Assembly (NCBI GenBank): GCA_010093745.1
Contig: MU005987.1
Span: forward strand, 62,001-126,000
Length of the DNA stretch: 64,000 nt
Direction: 5' to 3'
Source: Piedraia hortae CBS 480.64
Taxonomy: Eukaryota
Shown here piece after piece: positions 11,729-22,422 of this stretch. The notes under the pieces are model-generated. The model did not search any database and was not told the DNA's origin. It was given only the letters and a program-made list of their open reading frames with translations. The position numbers were made by a program, and so were the translations under genes. Position 1 is the first letter of the stretch; every line of letters begins with the position of its first letter.

Positions 11729-13214
11729 TCAATCTGTCCGACGGTCCCTTTTACGTCTCCTTTGACGAGAGGCCCGTGGACGAAGAATATACTCACACGT
11801 ATCCTGATCGTACGCAAGCAGTTCCCTCTCCAACGGTTTTAGAGGCGCCTCAGGTAGAATATCCGTAAACCCCTTCTGTTTCGGCTTTGACCTCCAAAAA
11901 ACACCCTGTCTTCCATCTTCCGGGTCATCAATCGTCAACTTCCAATTCCTCAAAGCCTTGCATTCATATGCGCCATGATCATCAATCCCGGGGCCCTTTA
12001 GTTTTATCCTCGCCCTCACCACCGGATGGATATACTCATGCGTATCCTCAAGGGGATCATCCGTCGGCTTTCCGTTATGTGGATCAGTAGCACAATACCT
12101 CCCCGGCGTCCTCACCGCAACACCCCCACCATAATAAATCCCACTCAATCCATCGAGAATCTTCCCAAACCCCCACGGCCTTGGCCTCTCCCCTTTTTCC
12201 TCATAGAACTCGTCGACCGCATCCCACTCATCAAGCACATAATTCAAATCAAAGGCCAAAAAAGGCAGACACTGCGCGATCATCCACGCAAGCGTAATCG
12301 TAGCAATCTGCTGATCATCATATCCACCCCCAATATTCGAATGCGCCCCGGGGAACCACACTTGCCTCAACACCGTATTCCCATCTCCCCGTTCCCATAA
12401 CGTCGGCTGAAACGCGAAGCGTCTCTCATCCAGGGCAAGCGCCTGGAACGCATTCTCGACACACGCACTCAACCTCGTATCATAAAATGTCAAATCCTTC
12501 ATCGCGGAGCTCTGCAGTCCCAACCTCTGCAGAATCCCAATCTTCGGCACCCCAAGCGCACCCACCGTATCAAAAACACCCACAACCTTAATCTGCACCT
12601 TGAGTCTCGTCATCCCCCGTCTCCTCAACTCGTCCCTATACCCCGGATCCCTCACACTCGGCTTGCCCGGGAAGGGCAAGTCCGGATACCTCGCCCTATA
12701 GCGATCATCGTGTTGATGTTGCGCATCCCTAAACACCTCTGGCAAATACGGCAATCCCTTCTTCGTCAACAAACCCACATCCCCAATCAACCCCGCGATC
12801 GCGCGCGCAGTCAACGCCCCCCTTGAAAACCCAAAGATAAAAATCTCATCTCCCTCCTCATAGTTCGTCCCCAAAAACGCGTACCCCTCTCGTACAATCT
12901 CCGCGATCCCGCTACCCGTCGCGCCGCGGAGCCGGTCGACGAGACTTCCCGCCGACCCGACGCCGAAGTGATAGTACGTAATCTGCGGAATCCCGTCCGC
13001 CGATTCGGATTTAATTGCGCGGCTGAGACGAGTAATGTTGGATGCGATGTTGAGCGAACTGTGCAGCGACGCAGAGTCGGAGTTGAGCCATGTTCCTTTT
13101 TTGTTCTTAGTATCGTGTATGGAGGGAGGGAAGGAAGGAAGACATACCGTCTTCGCAGAGGATGAGGCGTTTATAGGGACTTGTTGTTGAGGAGGAGCCA
13201 TCAGAGGGAGGCAT
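11729..13214 (-). CDS. DUF2235 (Tle1-like alpha/beta hydrolase) protein
   Basis: KRLILCEDG|TWLN across a 52-nt intron at 13096-13147; GFSRGA nucleophile elbow; GVFDTVGALG; ALALDERR; QVWFPGAHSNIGGG. Confidence 0.9.
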
Positions 13215-13431
13215 GACTTTATCGATGATATGGCATTGTTTTAGGGATGCTGGCGGGTAAAGAATGATATGCACAGTACAACGCCGGTGCAGTTTTCTCA
13301 AGCCATGGTTGTTTCGCGGTCGATAGGAGCTAAATTTAAAGTTGGGATATTTTTTCTTTTTGGCGATCGACAGCCTCGGCAGGGGTTGTCAGGACAGAAT
13401 TTCATTACGCAGACTTCATTCATTACGATAG

Positions 13432-15582
13432 CTAGGCTAAGATTTTACCAGGCATGGGCCCCTCGGGCCTAAACTCCTTCAACGAAATGGGAATATCCCT
13501 AGAATACCCAACATCGCCATATGCTTTTTCCAATTTCGAGGCTATCCGACCAACCATCTTCGCAATCCAGCGGTCGTTGATGGCTCCGCCAATGGCGGCT
13601 TTTTTCATCCCGTCTTTGGCGGATTGATGTAAATCCTTGGCGAATGCCTTGATGGCATCGGGGTTTGTACCCTCTTTTATGCGCTCGCGCATTTGGTTGG
13701 CGAAGCTCTTGATCTTGGTGCTCTTGTTTGTCATAGAGGAGGAGATCGACAATGCGTCGTCGTCTTTGGGCGTCACGGGAAGGTCAATTTCCGTTGGGCT
13801 GTCGGCTTCATCGGCTTGCTTTTCGATTTCGATGATCTTCGTTGCTTTGACGAGTGCGGCGACAAAGTTGAGGAGGGAGAGGTCGAGAGCGATGGGCAGT
13901 TGAGCGTGCACGCTGACGTTCATGGTGGTTTCGTCCTTTTTGACCCGTTTGAGCTTCCGCTCGGCTTGCACGGTCTTGGGTAGGCCATCAGCTTGGTCTA
14001 CCTCGTCCTGCTGTTCTTGTTCATCACTCTCGTCTGGTGGAGGCGGGAGGAGATGCTCGTGATGGGGAAGTAAAAAGGAAGGAATGGCAACGGTGGCATC
14101 TGCTCCGCCAAGACGCACGACTTGAGTTGGTGTCCCACTCTCCAACAACGTGCGATAAGCAATGATATCAGAAAACTGCAAAGAGCCGGTAATGTCAAAC
14201 TCTGTGCTCAGCGGCACCTGCCCGAGCCCTTGAATGTCCGCCAGCTGGACGCAAAAATTCGCATCAGCCAGCCAGGTCAAGACGCGACGCTCAAGCTTTC
14301 TAATATCGCTGTCGAGGGTCGAATAGTGCTTGAAAACCTCCCTCTGCAGCATAGCAGTGAGCCATTTCCCTGACCCGGCGGCGGTGATGGATGCAATTTC
14401 CACTATGTGGCAGTAGCTCAGAACACTCAGCAGCATACGAAGCAGAAACGGCATGCGGTGCAAAAACGATCGCACTCTGGGATTCGTCAACAATCGCAAA
14501 GTCGTCACCTTTACCGACCGCTCAGGTGCATGAGTTATGGACGGAAGATCATGCATTTCCGAGCATATTGCAGCTCTCAGGTCCGTCTCGCTGTCAATCG
14601 GCACACCATCTGTCCTTCTCCGCTTCAGCACTTGCTGTCGACATTGGTACACGGCACTGCTCGTCTTGATGTCCTTCAGATACTGGCGATATTTCTGGTC
14701 CGCCTCTGCCTCATCCGGCGAGAGCGTAGTCACAGTATCGACCGCATCCTCTGGCAACGAGTCCTTAACAAGATCAACCCCAGTAAGAGACTTGCGCAGC
14801 TTCGGACGGACACTGTATTTCTCGGAACCAGCCGTCGCGGCACGGAGGAGAGGCGTATCATTGACGAAAAAGTCATCACTCTCCTCGTTAGACGGCACCC
14901 TTTCGCATTCAGCAAAAGTCATCTCCGCGGCGCCGCCCTTGAGATTCGCATATACATCCCCACAATTAATCCGTCGAAACAGCTTGATAGTAACCTCATC
15001 CGCCATCAACGACAACTCCAGATCATCAGCAAGTTTGATGCCGACATTAACGCCATGCGCGACAATCGTAAGGCTGGAGAGAGAAATGCTGATCCCGCGA
15101 ATTACCAGCAATCCATGGACATCCGTATCAATCTCCAGGCCGGGGATATTGAAGAAGGCGATTCTATCCCTCGTAAACTGCAATCCGCGCAGCAATTTCC
15201 TCAGAGACCGGCGCGCATGTTTCGCGGCAAAAGGGAACTGATTCAAACAGGTGACGACAATGAGCGGGTAACAGCTAAAGTTGAGGATCCAGCGAAGAAG
15301 CCAAGAGGTCGAACAGACGGCATACACGAGGTTCAGCGTCGTCACGACGGGCCAGAGCGGGACCTGAGGGAGAATTCTATACCCACGCATGCTTCCATAG
15401 GCGAGCAGCAACGTCTCCCACGCACAGCCAGAGAACATCCACCTTCGCGTCCGTGGCGAGGCATAAGCCAGGAGGATAAGTGTGAGGAGACATGTTGCGA
15501 GCTGAACCGGCGTGATCGAAGTAGAGGCCTCAACCTTTCGGACTTTGCCTGAAGATCGTCTGCTTCGTCGACGGGGAAGCAT
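13432..15582 (-). CDS. Hypothetical protein (716 aa) with N-terminal transmembrane segments
   Basis: Long ATG ORF with a hydrophobic N-terminus. No family recognised. Confidence 0.85.
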   Translation of the reverse strand: MLPRRRSRRSSGKVRKVEASTSITPVQLATCLLTLILLAYASPRTRRWMFSGCAWETLLLAYGSMRGYRILPQVPLWPVVTTLNLVYAVCSTSWLLRWILNFSCYPLIVVTCLNQFPFAAKHARRSLRKLLRGLQFTRDRIAFFNIPGLEIDTDVHGLLVIRGISISLSSLTIVAHGVNVGIKLADDLELSLMADEVTIKLFRRINCGDVYANLKGGAAEMTFAECERVPSNEESDDFFVNDTPLLRAATAGSEKYSVRPKLRKSLTGVDLVKDSLPEDAVDTVTTLSPDEAEADQKYRQYLKDIKTSSAVYQCRQQVLKRRRTDGVPIDSETDLRAAICSEMHDLPSITHAPERSVKVTTLRLLTNPRVRSFLHRMPFLLRMLLSVLSYCHIVEIASITAAGSGKWLTAMLQREVFKHYSTLDSDIRKLERRVLTWLADANFCVQLADIQGLGQVPLSTEFDITGSLQFSDIIAYRTLLESGTPTQVVRLGGADATVAIPSFLLPHHEHLLPPPPDESDEQEQQDEVDQADGLPKTVQAERKLKRVKKDETTMNVSVHAQLPIALDLSLLNFVAALVKATKIIEIEKQADEADSPTEIDLPVTPKDDDALSISSSMTNKSTKIKSFANQMRERIKEGTNPDAIKAFAKDLHQSAKDGMKKAAIGGAINDRWIAKMVGRIASKLEKAYGDVGYSRDIPISLKEFRPEGPMPGKILA

Positions 15583-15827
15583 GGTGTGTATGTCCCGCCA
15601 CTAACGGTTTGCTTTGTGTGGGCGCCAAGGAGTCACTGACTCGCAGCAGACTTCGAACTTCCTTTGACAGTCAAAACCAAAGACAATCACAGTAGCAATA
15701 CAAACACTTTGCGACGGACAGCAATCAGTTTGTTTGTTCCATCCAAGATACGGGAGTGCTGATACCACTTTTCATCACGCGCTAACCCGGAAACAGTAAG
15801 CAGTATACATTGGCCCAGTGACATGCG

Positions 15828-15835
15828 TGACGTCA
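15828..15835. promoter_or_regulatory. CRE/ATF palindrome TGACGTCA
   Basis: Exact 8-mer in the short intergenic region upstream of the 716-aa gene. Confidence 0.4.
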
Positions 15836-15856
15836 TAATAAATTTCTCAGATGACA

Positions 15857-17143
15857 TTAGCGGTTAACCGTTACCATGACTCCGTCTCCATGCACTTTTC
15901 CATCTGGAGCGATGCCGCCCCAGATGATAGCATTCGCTCCGTCAACCTCAGAGCCCTTTGCTACTGCGAGACCTCGTCGTGATCCTATTCCCTTTTTAGA
16001 GTACCCTGACTCGTCAGATGTGTATTTTATTTCCTCCCACCGCGGGTCTTTAGGTTCGCGTTTGAGTGCGTTGTTCACTGCGTCTTTGATCCAGGCGCCG
16101 GCTGAGGCATCGGACTGCACTTGCAGGATCCAAGCGTCTTCGAGTTGATGTCCTGAGGTTGTCTGGCCGCCGATAAGTAGGAGGTAGTTGCGGTTGTGAA
16201 TGACCGGGACGTGTATCAAGCTCGCGTTGATCCTGTCCCCTGGGTGGGAAAGCTCTGGTGAACTTGGGGTTGGGGGTAGAGTATTCCATGACCCTGAAGC
16301 GATGAGTGCCGTAGTTTTTTTCCAACCTGGTGTCGTGACAGAAGACTGCGCTAGCTCTAGGAAGGTCGTCTGCCCCCGCGAGAAGGTGTATATCCGTTGA
16401 TTCACAATTGTTAGACAAGGCGCCTCATCTACCGGAGGCGGCGGCTCAGGCAAAGGAGTCCAAGTCCGACTCGAGACGTTGAAAGCCCAAACATCGTTCA
16501 TCGCCTGTCCCGCAGCGTTCTGTCCCCCTTTGATAACCAACGTCCCGTACGATGCAGCAGACGGCACATGCGGCACAATCTTCGCCGGATCAACCGGTCT
16601 ATTGGGCGGAACATCCTTATCCGTACGTTCCTGCTCAAATTCAGGCCGTTCACAGGCCACCATCGCGTGAAGCACCCTAGGCGGGGGCACCTTCCCATCA
16701 CTCGGCGGGTCAAGGTACGACCAGCTCTCCGTCGGAGTATGAAAAACCCACACCCTGCCATGCTCATCGACCGGCTCCCCACTGTCATTCGTACTCCCCC
16801 CAAAAACAAACACATCCTTCCCAACAACGCAAGCAGCATGCATCCATCTCGCAGAAGGCGAAGCAGCGGTCGCATCCAGAGCCCTAAAATCCGTACCTAC
16901 AACCCCTGACGATGGCAGTATCACAACATCAACCCCATTGCCCGCCAACCTCTCATCATCCGTCTTCCCCCCAAAAATATACGCCCTCCCATCCACAACC
17001 GCAAGGGAATGCCACGCCCTAGGCAAGTTCAAATCATCGAGCGGTCGCAGCGAGGCTTTGATCGGATAGGCAGCTTCGTAGGTATTTTTCGCGCGATTGA
17101 TAGCGCCGTGGATGGCGGACGTCATTGTTCTTAGGATGGCCAA
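15857..17143 (-). CDS. Kelch-repeat beta-propeller protein
   Basis: Repeats of the form R-x-x-H...[YF]-[IV]-F-GG...W (PRAWHS..YIFGG; ARWMHA..FVFGG; PRVLHA..IKGG; LLLIGG). Confidence 0.88.
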   Translation of the reverse strand: MAILRTMTSAIHGAINRAKNTYEAAYPIKASLRPLDDLNLPRAWHSLAVVDGRAYIFGGKTDDERLAGNGVDVVILPSSGVVGTDFRALDATAASPSARWMHAACVVGKDVFVFGGSTNDSGEPVDEHGRVWVFHTPTESWSYLDPPSDGKVPPPRVLHAMVACERPEFEQERTDKDVPPNRPVDPAKIVPHVPSAASYGTLVIKGGQNAAGQAMNDVWAFNVSSRTWTPLPEPPPPVDEAPCLTIVNQRIYTFSRGQTTFLELAQSSVTTPGWKKTTALIASGSWNTLPPTPSSPELSHPGDRINASLIHVPVIHNRNYLLLIGGQTTSGHQLEDAWILQVQSDASAGAWIKDAVNNALKREPKDPRWEEIKYTSDESGYSKKGIGSRRGLAVAKGSEVDGANAIIWGGIAPDGKVHGDGVMVTVNR

Positions 17144-17171
17144 TGTTTGGCTCCTTGGAGCATCAAGTCTC

Positions 17172-17179
17172 TGACGTCA
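17172..17179. promoter_or_regulatory. CRE/ATF palindrome TGACGTCA
   Basis: Exact 8-mer 28 bp upstream of the Kelch gene ATG, within a 92-bp intergenic gap. Confidence 0.4.
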
Positions 17180-17235
17180 TATGCATATACCTCATGCCAA
17201 GACCACACGGAGAAATAATGGGATACTCGCTAACG

Positions 17236-19086
17236 CTAAAAAACCTCATCAACCCAGACTTCGCCCTTTCCGTCCCACTTTGCTGTCTCGACGACTTTGA
17301 CGGTCGTTTCTGTTGCCCGGCGTAAGAGTTCTTCGTAGACACGATCTTCTACGTAGTCTTTCATTGCGTCTTTGGCTGGGGCGGGGGTGGCTGTAGGGAT
17401 AGGCGTGGTATCTCTGCCCCCCTCCCACCTGTTCTCGTAGCTCTCCCAAACGGGCCTCCAAAGTGGACGAAATGTCCTGAGTAGTAGCGTGGGAATCACA
17501 AAGGGATACTCCGGCGCATCCGGGTCGACGCCCCAGCCTTCCATGTATGCTCCCTCGCGGGGGTAGGAGAAGAACCAACTTAGTACGTTTTCGAGGAGGT
17601 AGTACACCACCGCGAAAGCCAGGATGCGGCCGAGGGGGGTGAGTTTGATCCTTCGGTGCCATCTGGCGTCTGGGGTGTAGATGTATATGAGGGATAGTAG
17701 TTCGGAGAAGAGAGCGCGGAGGAGGCTTCCTTTGTAGGACTGCCCGCCGCATGTAGGACACGTGGAGCCATGGTCGGGTGTCTTCACCCTCACCGGCGGC
17801 GTGTTAGGTGTCTTGGGCGGGGTGTGAACGATTACCGGTATCGCATCCGAAGCGGGTTTCAGTACCTTTGCCCCCGGCGAAGCGTTTTTTATAGCCAAAG
17901 GCGGCTTAGGTGCAGAATTGATTTGATCCTCAACCCGCTTCATTTCCTCTGTTGCATCTTTGACGACTTCGTGCGCTTTGGTGAGCTGTTTGTCTAGGGT
18001 GTTTAATATTGTTTGGTCTTCTTTGGGTAGATGCGCCTTTTCATCCCGGACGTTATTCAGGATTTCCTGCGTTTCTTCCCCGAGGTCTGAGACAGTAGGA
18101 TCGCCGGGCGCGTCTGCCACGTTCTCTAGCGACTGGATGGTCGCATCGCCGAATTGGTCATCGTGGTGGCTTTTGATTTCTTTCAGGACATCTGTGAGAG
18201 CCGATTTTGCCTGTGTTGTTCCTGGGACGCTGAGGATTGATTCAATCCTGGGCTTTTCAGGCGGTTTCGATTTGGATACATTGACTTGCCGCCGCGCAGG
18301 CTTCGGCCCTTCCAGATCCAGCTCCTTTAAAGCTAGTTCCTTGAGTCTCTCCCTTCGCGCGCGGCATGCTTCACTGGTGGTGATACTCCTACTTCCCTCC
18401 AACTCGGAAAGGCTCGTAGGCGGTTTGAGATGTGCAAGCGAAGCCTCCGGATCGGTCAAGAGATGGGTTGGTTCGAACCCCATAGCGTCGCTCCTCTTCG
18501 CCCAGTCCCTATCCTCAACCCTATTGGGACTAGGGGAGCCATTAGACACCTTGGCCAGCTGTTTAAGCAGCCCATACGATCCCGAACGGCCCTGAGGCGA
18601 CGGAGTCTCCGCGTATCCAATCTTACCGGACACGGATTCCGTCCATTCTCTCGACGGGAACTCTGGAACCCTCAACTTAGACGGCGAATGGCTCGACGTA
18701 ATCCGCCGTTCGATAGTCCTCCACTCAACCCTCTCAACGCCCCTTTGCGTAAGCTCATCAATCTTGCGATTCCGTCTATTAACCGCCGCGGCGGAAGGTG
18801 AACCGTCCATTCTGCGGCAATGTTGCGGTGACTCCTGGCGGTATCTATCAGGATCCGCTCCTTCCCTCTGTCGTCTAGACCTGCGTCCCCACTGCGGCGG
18901 GACATTGAGCGGAGGCTCAACAACCATTTCGGACGCGTCTTGCGTTGCCAAAACGCTACGACGCGATTCTCCTCGTCGCACTTTCCTCTGATGCTGAACA
19001 ATCCGTCGGCCGAATTCGTCCGTCTCGTTCTCCAAAACGCTCAGATTAGAATAGTCGGAATCGACTGACCCTGTTCGATGGTACAT
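17236..19086 (-). CDS. Hypothetical protein (616 aa): disordered N-terminus, coiled coil, CxxC, C-terminal TM segment
   Basis: Long ATG ORF with TCPTCG and the hydrophobic segment ILAFAVVYYLL. Confidence 0.8.
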   Translation of the reverse strand: MYHRTGSVDSDYSNLSVLENETDEFGRRIVQHQRKVRRGESRRSVLATQDASEMVVEPPLNVPPQWGRRSRRQREGADPDRYRQESPQHCRRMDGSPSAAAVNRRNRKIDELTQRGVERVEWRTIERRITSSHSPSKLRVPEFPSREWTESVSGKIGYAETPSPQGRSGSYGLLKQLAKVSNGSPSPNRVEDRDWAKRSDAMGFEPTHLLTDPEASLAHLKPPTSLSELEGSRSITTSEACRARRERLKELALKELDLEGPKPARRQVNVSKSKPPEKPRIESILSVPGTTQAKSALTDVLKEIKSHHDDQFGDATIQSLENVADAPGDPTVSDLGEETQEILNNVRDEKAHLPKEDQTILNTLDKQLTKAHEVVKDATEEMKRVEDQINSAPKPPLAIKNASPGAKVLKPASDAIPVIVHTPPKTPNTPPVRVKTPDHGSTCPTCGGQSYKGSLLRALFSELLSLIYIYTPDARWHRRIKLTPLGRILAFAVVYYLLENVLSWFFSYPREGAYMEGWGVDPDAPEYPFVIPTLLLRTFRPLWRPVWESYENRWEGGRDTTPIPTATPAPAKDAMKDYVEDRVYEELLRRATETTVKVVETAKWDGKGEVWVDEVF

Positions 19087-19362
19087 TATGCAATATCAAA
19101 ACATGTCTCCAATACTACTCTCCCGCGTCGCAACGGTGGATGTAAACATTGCTTATGTAAGCAGAGTATACCAATGACACGTGATGGGGGTTGGAGCATT
19201 TTGGTGTGAATGTTCCATTCATCTATGTAGCTAGCTAGCTATCTCTTTATATCCAAGTCATCTCCTGGCAGCTCAGAGTGCAACCTCCGCCCCACTTGCG
19301 TTGACGAAGGCGCAACTCACGTGCCAACATCCCAACCTCAACCGCACCACCCCATCAAAACC

Positions 19363-20025
19363 ATGGCAGAAGTCAACTGGAGGACGATCAACATTGATGC
19401 TTTAGAGCCAGATTCATGCTATAATTTCGATCTCGCGACTCTTACCCCCGCCGTGGAACCCATCTCTCATGACCAGGTCCAGACGCTTTGCGGTCAGATC
19501 AGACAGCTCCTCCGCGGAGGGGATGCAGAGGGCGCGTTGAGGGGCGCGCTGGAGAACGTACCTTACGGGGCTGATGAGAAGGATAAGGTTGGTTATCTTT
19601 TACGATCATGGTTTTGTCGTTTGTGAGAGTTTGTGCTGAGATGGCAGACAATGTATCTGTCCGCCGTGGCGGAAATTCTGGGCCAGATCCGTCAGGCGGA
19701 AATGAGCCCCCTTTTGGAACGCATCTACCAGAATGGAGAGGGCTCGGAGCTGTGTGATGCTCTCATGAAGTTCCTCTATAAAGGAATGGGACAGACGGGA
19801 CAGACAAAGCCTACACTTGCTACGACGTCGATGACGGGGTTTAGTCAAGCGGGCGGGAGGCATTTCGGTGGTGGAGGTGATGGGAATATGAATGTGTTCC
19901 TAAGTTGGCACGAGAAGGTGAGTTCACCACTGACATCGATTTCTCTAAACTAATAAATCAAGCTGGTGGAAATGGTCGGCCCAGGCAGTATCGTTAGAGT
20001 GATGACCGATCGAAGGAGGGTATAA
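19363..20025 (+). CDS. ARC15: Arp2/3 complex 16 kDa subunit (ARPC5)
   Basis: NWRTINIDAL, DALMKFLYKGM, LSWHEK|LVEMVGPGSIVRVMTDRRRV*. Introns at 19588-19647 and 19918-19962. Confidence 0.95.
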
Positions 20026-20034
20026 CTTAACTAT

Positions 20035-22218
20035 TTACTTCCTCGTCGGAGCCCAATTTCTTAACCACTGTTTCGCTCCATCTACATCCCCGTCTTCTGC
20101 CTCCAAAGCCCCTAAACACCACACAAAATCATACCCACCTCCCTGCATCAAACCCCCCTCGGCAGCTAGCACCTCCGCCACCGTCCTCCGTGTCTGACTC
20201 TTCTCATCCACGCAAAAGTGCAACGGCCCGTTTCCATCCAAAAACGGCCTAACCATAGGAACCGCCTCCTTCGTCGAAACCTCCGTCTCCAACCCCCCCA
20301 AATTCCTCCTTCCAGTCTTACAAAACTCATTCCTACACCAACCTCTCCCACACCCAGCAGCCAACTGCTGCAAATACCTCCTCTCCACCCTTCGACGTAA
20401 GGCTTTCCCCTCGGGGTCATACATGCTCACATACAGCGGTCCAAAACAAACATTGCAAACCCCAAGGTCGTTTTCTTTCCTCCTAACAACCCTCGTATCC
20501 CCCGACCTACTGCACCTATCAAGCGTACACCCACAATTAACATTCCGACACGGCACGGGCGGCGGACGTACGTAGCGATCCAAATCATGGTTTTTCAAAT
20601 GCGCATCCATGTCCCTTAGTCTGATTATCTTACCGCAGAGGTGGCATTCCGTCGTGCGGGCCCCGTCGGCTAGTTCGTGGGGTGTCATACCTGAGAGTAG
20701 GGCTTCGGCGTTGGGGACGTCGGGGTCGCCTTCTTGTGGGACGACCAGGTGGCAAAAGCGACAGAGGATAAGTTTCGCGGGACAAGTGCTTGTTCGGTGG
20801 TGGGCTAAAAGGGGGAAGGAGGGGAATGTTTCTTCTGTTTCGCATTCGGTGCAGCGGAGGATTTGGGGTGGGTGAATCAAAGTGTTGTGTTTTTCGTGGG
20901 AGAAGGGTCCGTTGCCGTAGGCATCGTCGTGGGGACAGTGCCAGTGTTGGGCGAGTTCGAGGGAGTCCTTTTTGAAGATTTGGCCGCAGCCTTTGGTACA
21001 GGCTACGTTGTTGCGATAGCAGAAGTTATGGTGAAGGATTAGCGTCCCGGAGGGAACCCATTGCTTGCAATTCTCGCATCGGACATCGCCTTCGTGAGAG
21101 TCTGGTTTCTTGGAACTGGGGCTGGGGCTGGGATGGTGGGCTCGTATGGTGAACTTTCTTAACCGTGAATCATGGCTATCTTTGGGTGCGTATGAATGTA
21201 CCGAGATGTACAAAGCTTCTGCATTCTCAAGCTTAACATTGGTCGGTTCCAGCCTTATGCGTTTACGCGGCCAGCTGTCAAAGTCTGCAAAGACGTGTTC
21301 GTCCAGCCTCGGTCTTGCCCGCTGTGTAGCGGATAACGGACTTAGGAGCAAGTCTAGTCCAGCAGAGTCTTCACCTTCAAGTTCAATTTCCACCGTCTGT
21401 GATTTATCCCACGACGGTAACGTGTAATCCACGTATTGTCCCTGCAACACCTGACCTTGGACGGGGTTGAAGATATCCAGATCCCCGCCGGCAGAAGGTC
21501 CCCCTACCGTCTTCTCATGGATCCGTTTCAGCGTCTCCCTAGCCTGATCCTCATCTAGAGCCTCGATATCCACTTCCAAATCCGTGTCTACGATGCAAAT
21601 CCCATCCGACTCTGGCTTGAGCTCATCCACCAAGAACGTGAAAGCCTCAGCGGTGCCAGCTGCCTTCCCTCCACTTATAGTCAAGGTATCACCCTTCGTC
21701 AGTGTCGTATAATTCGTCCGCAAATGCTTCTCCAGCAGGGCCTTCCAATCATCAACGTCGTAACCAGCCTCCAGAGGTCGGAGTTTGACAAATGTCCCTT
21801 TGGGCAGCTGCGCAGCATGGACTGTGACTTGCAGTCTCTCCGGGCCTAGTCCTAGGGCATCTTGCAGGTGCGCACTGACCGCCACCTCGCCTTCTTCAGC
21901 CGAAAACTCCCGGATGCCAGCGTAGATGAGGCGGCCCGAGTCTGGCTCCACCAGGCGGAATGTAAGAGGATGTGGCAGCTGGTGTCGTCGTTCCAGATAC
22001 TCTGAGTCTGCACGACGGTAGGCGGAATGCGTTGAATGGTCGAAGGGATCGTAGGCAGGCAGATTCTGTCGCGCATTCGCCGCCGCGAGGTCTGAGTTAG
22101 CGGATAGAAGAGCTTCGAGGGCGGATGGCGGTAGGATGATTTTGTCACCTGAAAGCTGCTGTTTGGGCGACTGCGATAGCTTGTATTGCGCCGACCATGT
22201 AATCCATCGTTCCGTCAT
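20035..22218 (-). CDS. Ufd1-like domain protein with TRAF-type zinc fingers and C-terminal AZUL-like zinc finger
   Basis: GDKIILPPSAL, YAGIREFSAEEG, LPKGTFVKLRP (UFD1 domain); multiple CxxC/H motifs; RRYLQQLAAGCGRGWCRNEFC. Confidence 0.88.
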   Translation of the reverse strand: MTERWITWSAQYKLSQSPKQQLSGDKIILPPSALEALLSANSDLAAANARQNLPAYDPFDHSTHSAYRRADSEYLERRHQLPHPLTFRLVEPDSGRLIYAGIREFSAEEGEVAVSAHLQDALGLGPERLQVTVHAAQLPKGTFVKLRPLEAGYDVDDWKALLEKHLRTNYTTLTKGDTLTISGGKAAGTAEAFTFLVDELKPESDGICIVDTDLEVDIEALDEDQARETLKRIHEKTVGGPSAGGDLDIFNPVQGQVLQGQYVDYTLPSWDKSQTVEIELEGEDSAGLDLLLSPLSATQRARPRLDEHVFADFDSWPRKRIRLEPTNVKLENAEALYISVHSYAPKDSHDSRLRKFTIRAHHPSPSPSSKKPDSHEGDVRCENCKQWVPSGTLILHHNFCYRNNVACTKGCGQIFKKDSLELAQHWHCPHDDAYGNGPFSHEKHNTLIHPPQILRCTECETEETFPSFPLLAHHRTSTCPAKLILCRFCHLVVPQEGDPDVPNAEALLSGMTPHELADGARTTECHLCGKIIRLRDMDAHLKNHDLDRYVRPPPVPCRNVNCGCTLDRCSRSGDTRVVRRKENDLGVCNVCFGPLYVSMYDPEGKALRRRVERRYLQQLAAGCGRGWCRNEFCKTGRRNLGGLETEVSTKEAVPMVRPFLDGNGPLHFCVDEKSQTRRTVAEVLAAEGGLMQGGGYDFVWCLGALEAEDGDVDGAKQWLRNWAPTRK

Positions 22219-22307
22219 TGATGTCGTTTTCTGACCGTTTCGTCGAGCGCCGAGACTCACGTCATGGTACAAGGTTTGGACCCTGCATCTGTCGACCGGG
22301 ATGCGCG

Positions 22308-22374
22308 CATCTTCTAGAACGGGATGGAAGAATTGCTGCGTCTTCTAGAACGGAATGGATGCATCTTCTAGAAG
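22308..22374. promoter_or_regulatory. Three heat-shock-element cores (TCTTCTAGAA)
   Basis: TTCtaGAA occurs three times about 90-155 bp upstream of the Ufd1-like ATG. Confidence 0.55.
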
Positions 22375-22422
22375 AGTTTAATTACAGATGGTATCGTACA
22401 GGTATCATACACCCAATTAATG

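Noticed and set aside
14407..15552. 381-aa plus-strand ORF and similar long antisense ORFs (11068-11817, 32001-32927, 36536-37339)
   Set aside because: Shadow frames of real genes or of the transposase on the opposite strand; no independent motifs.
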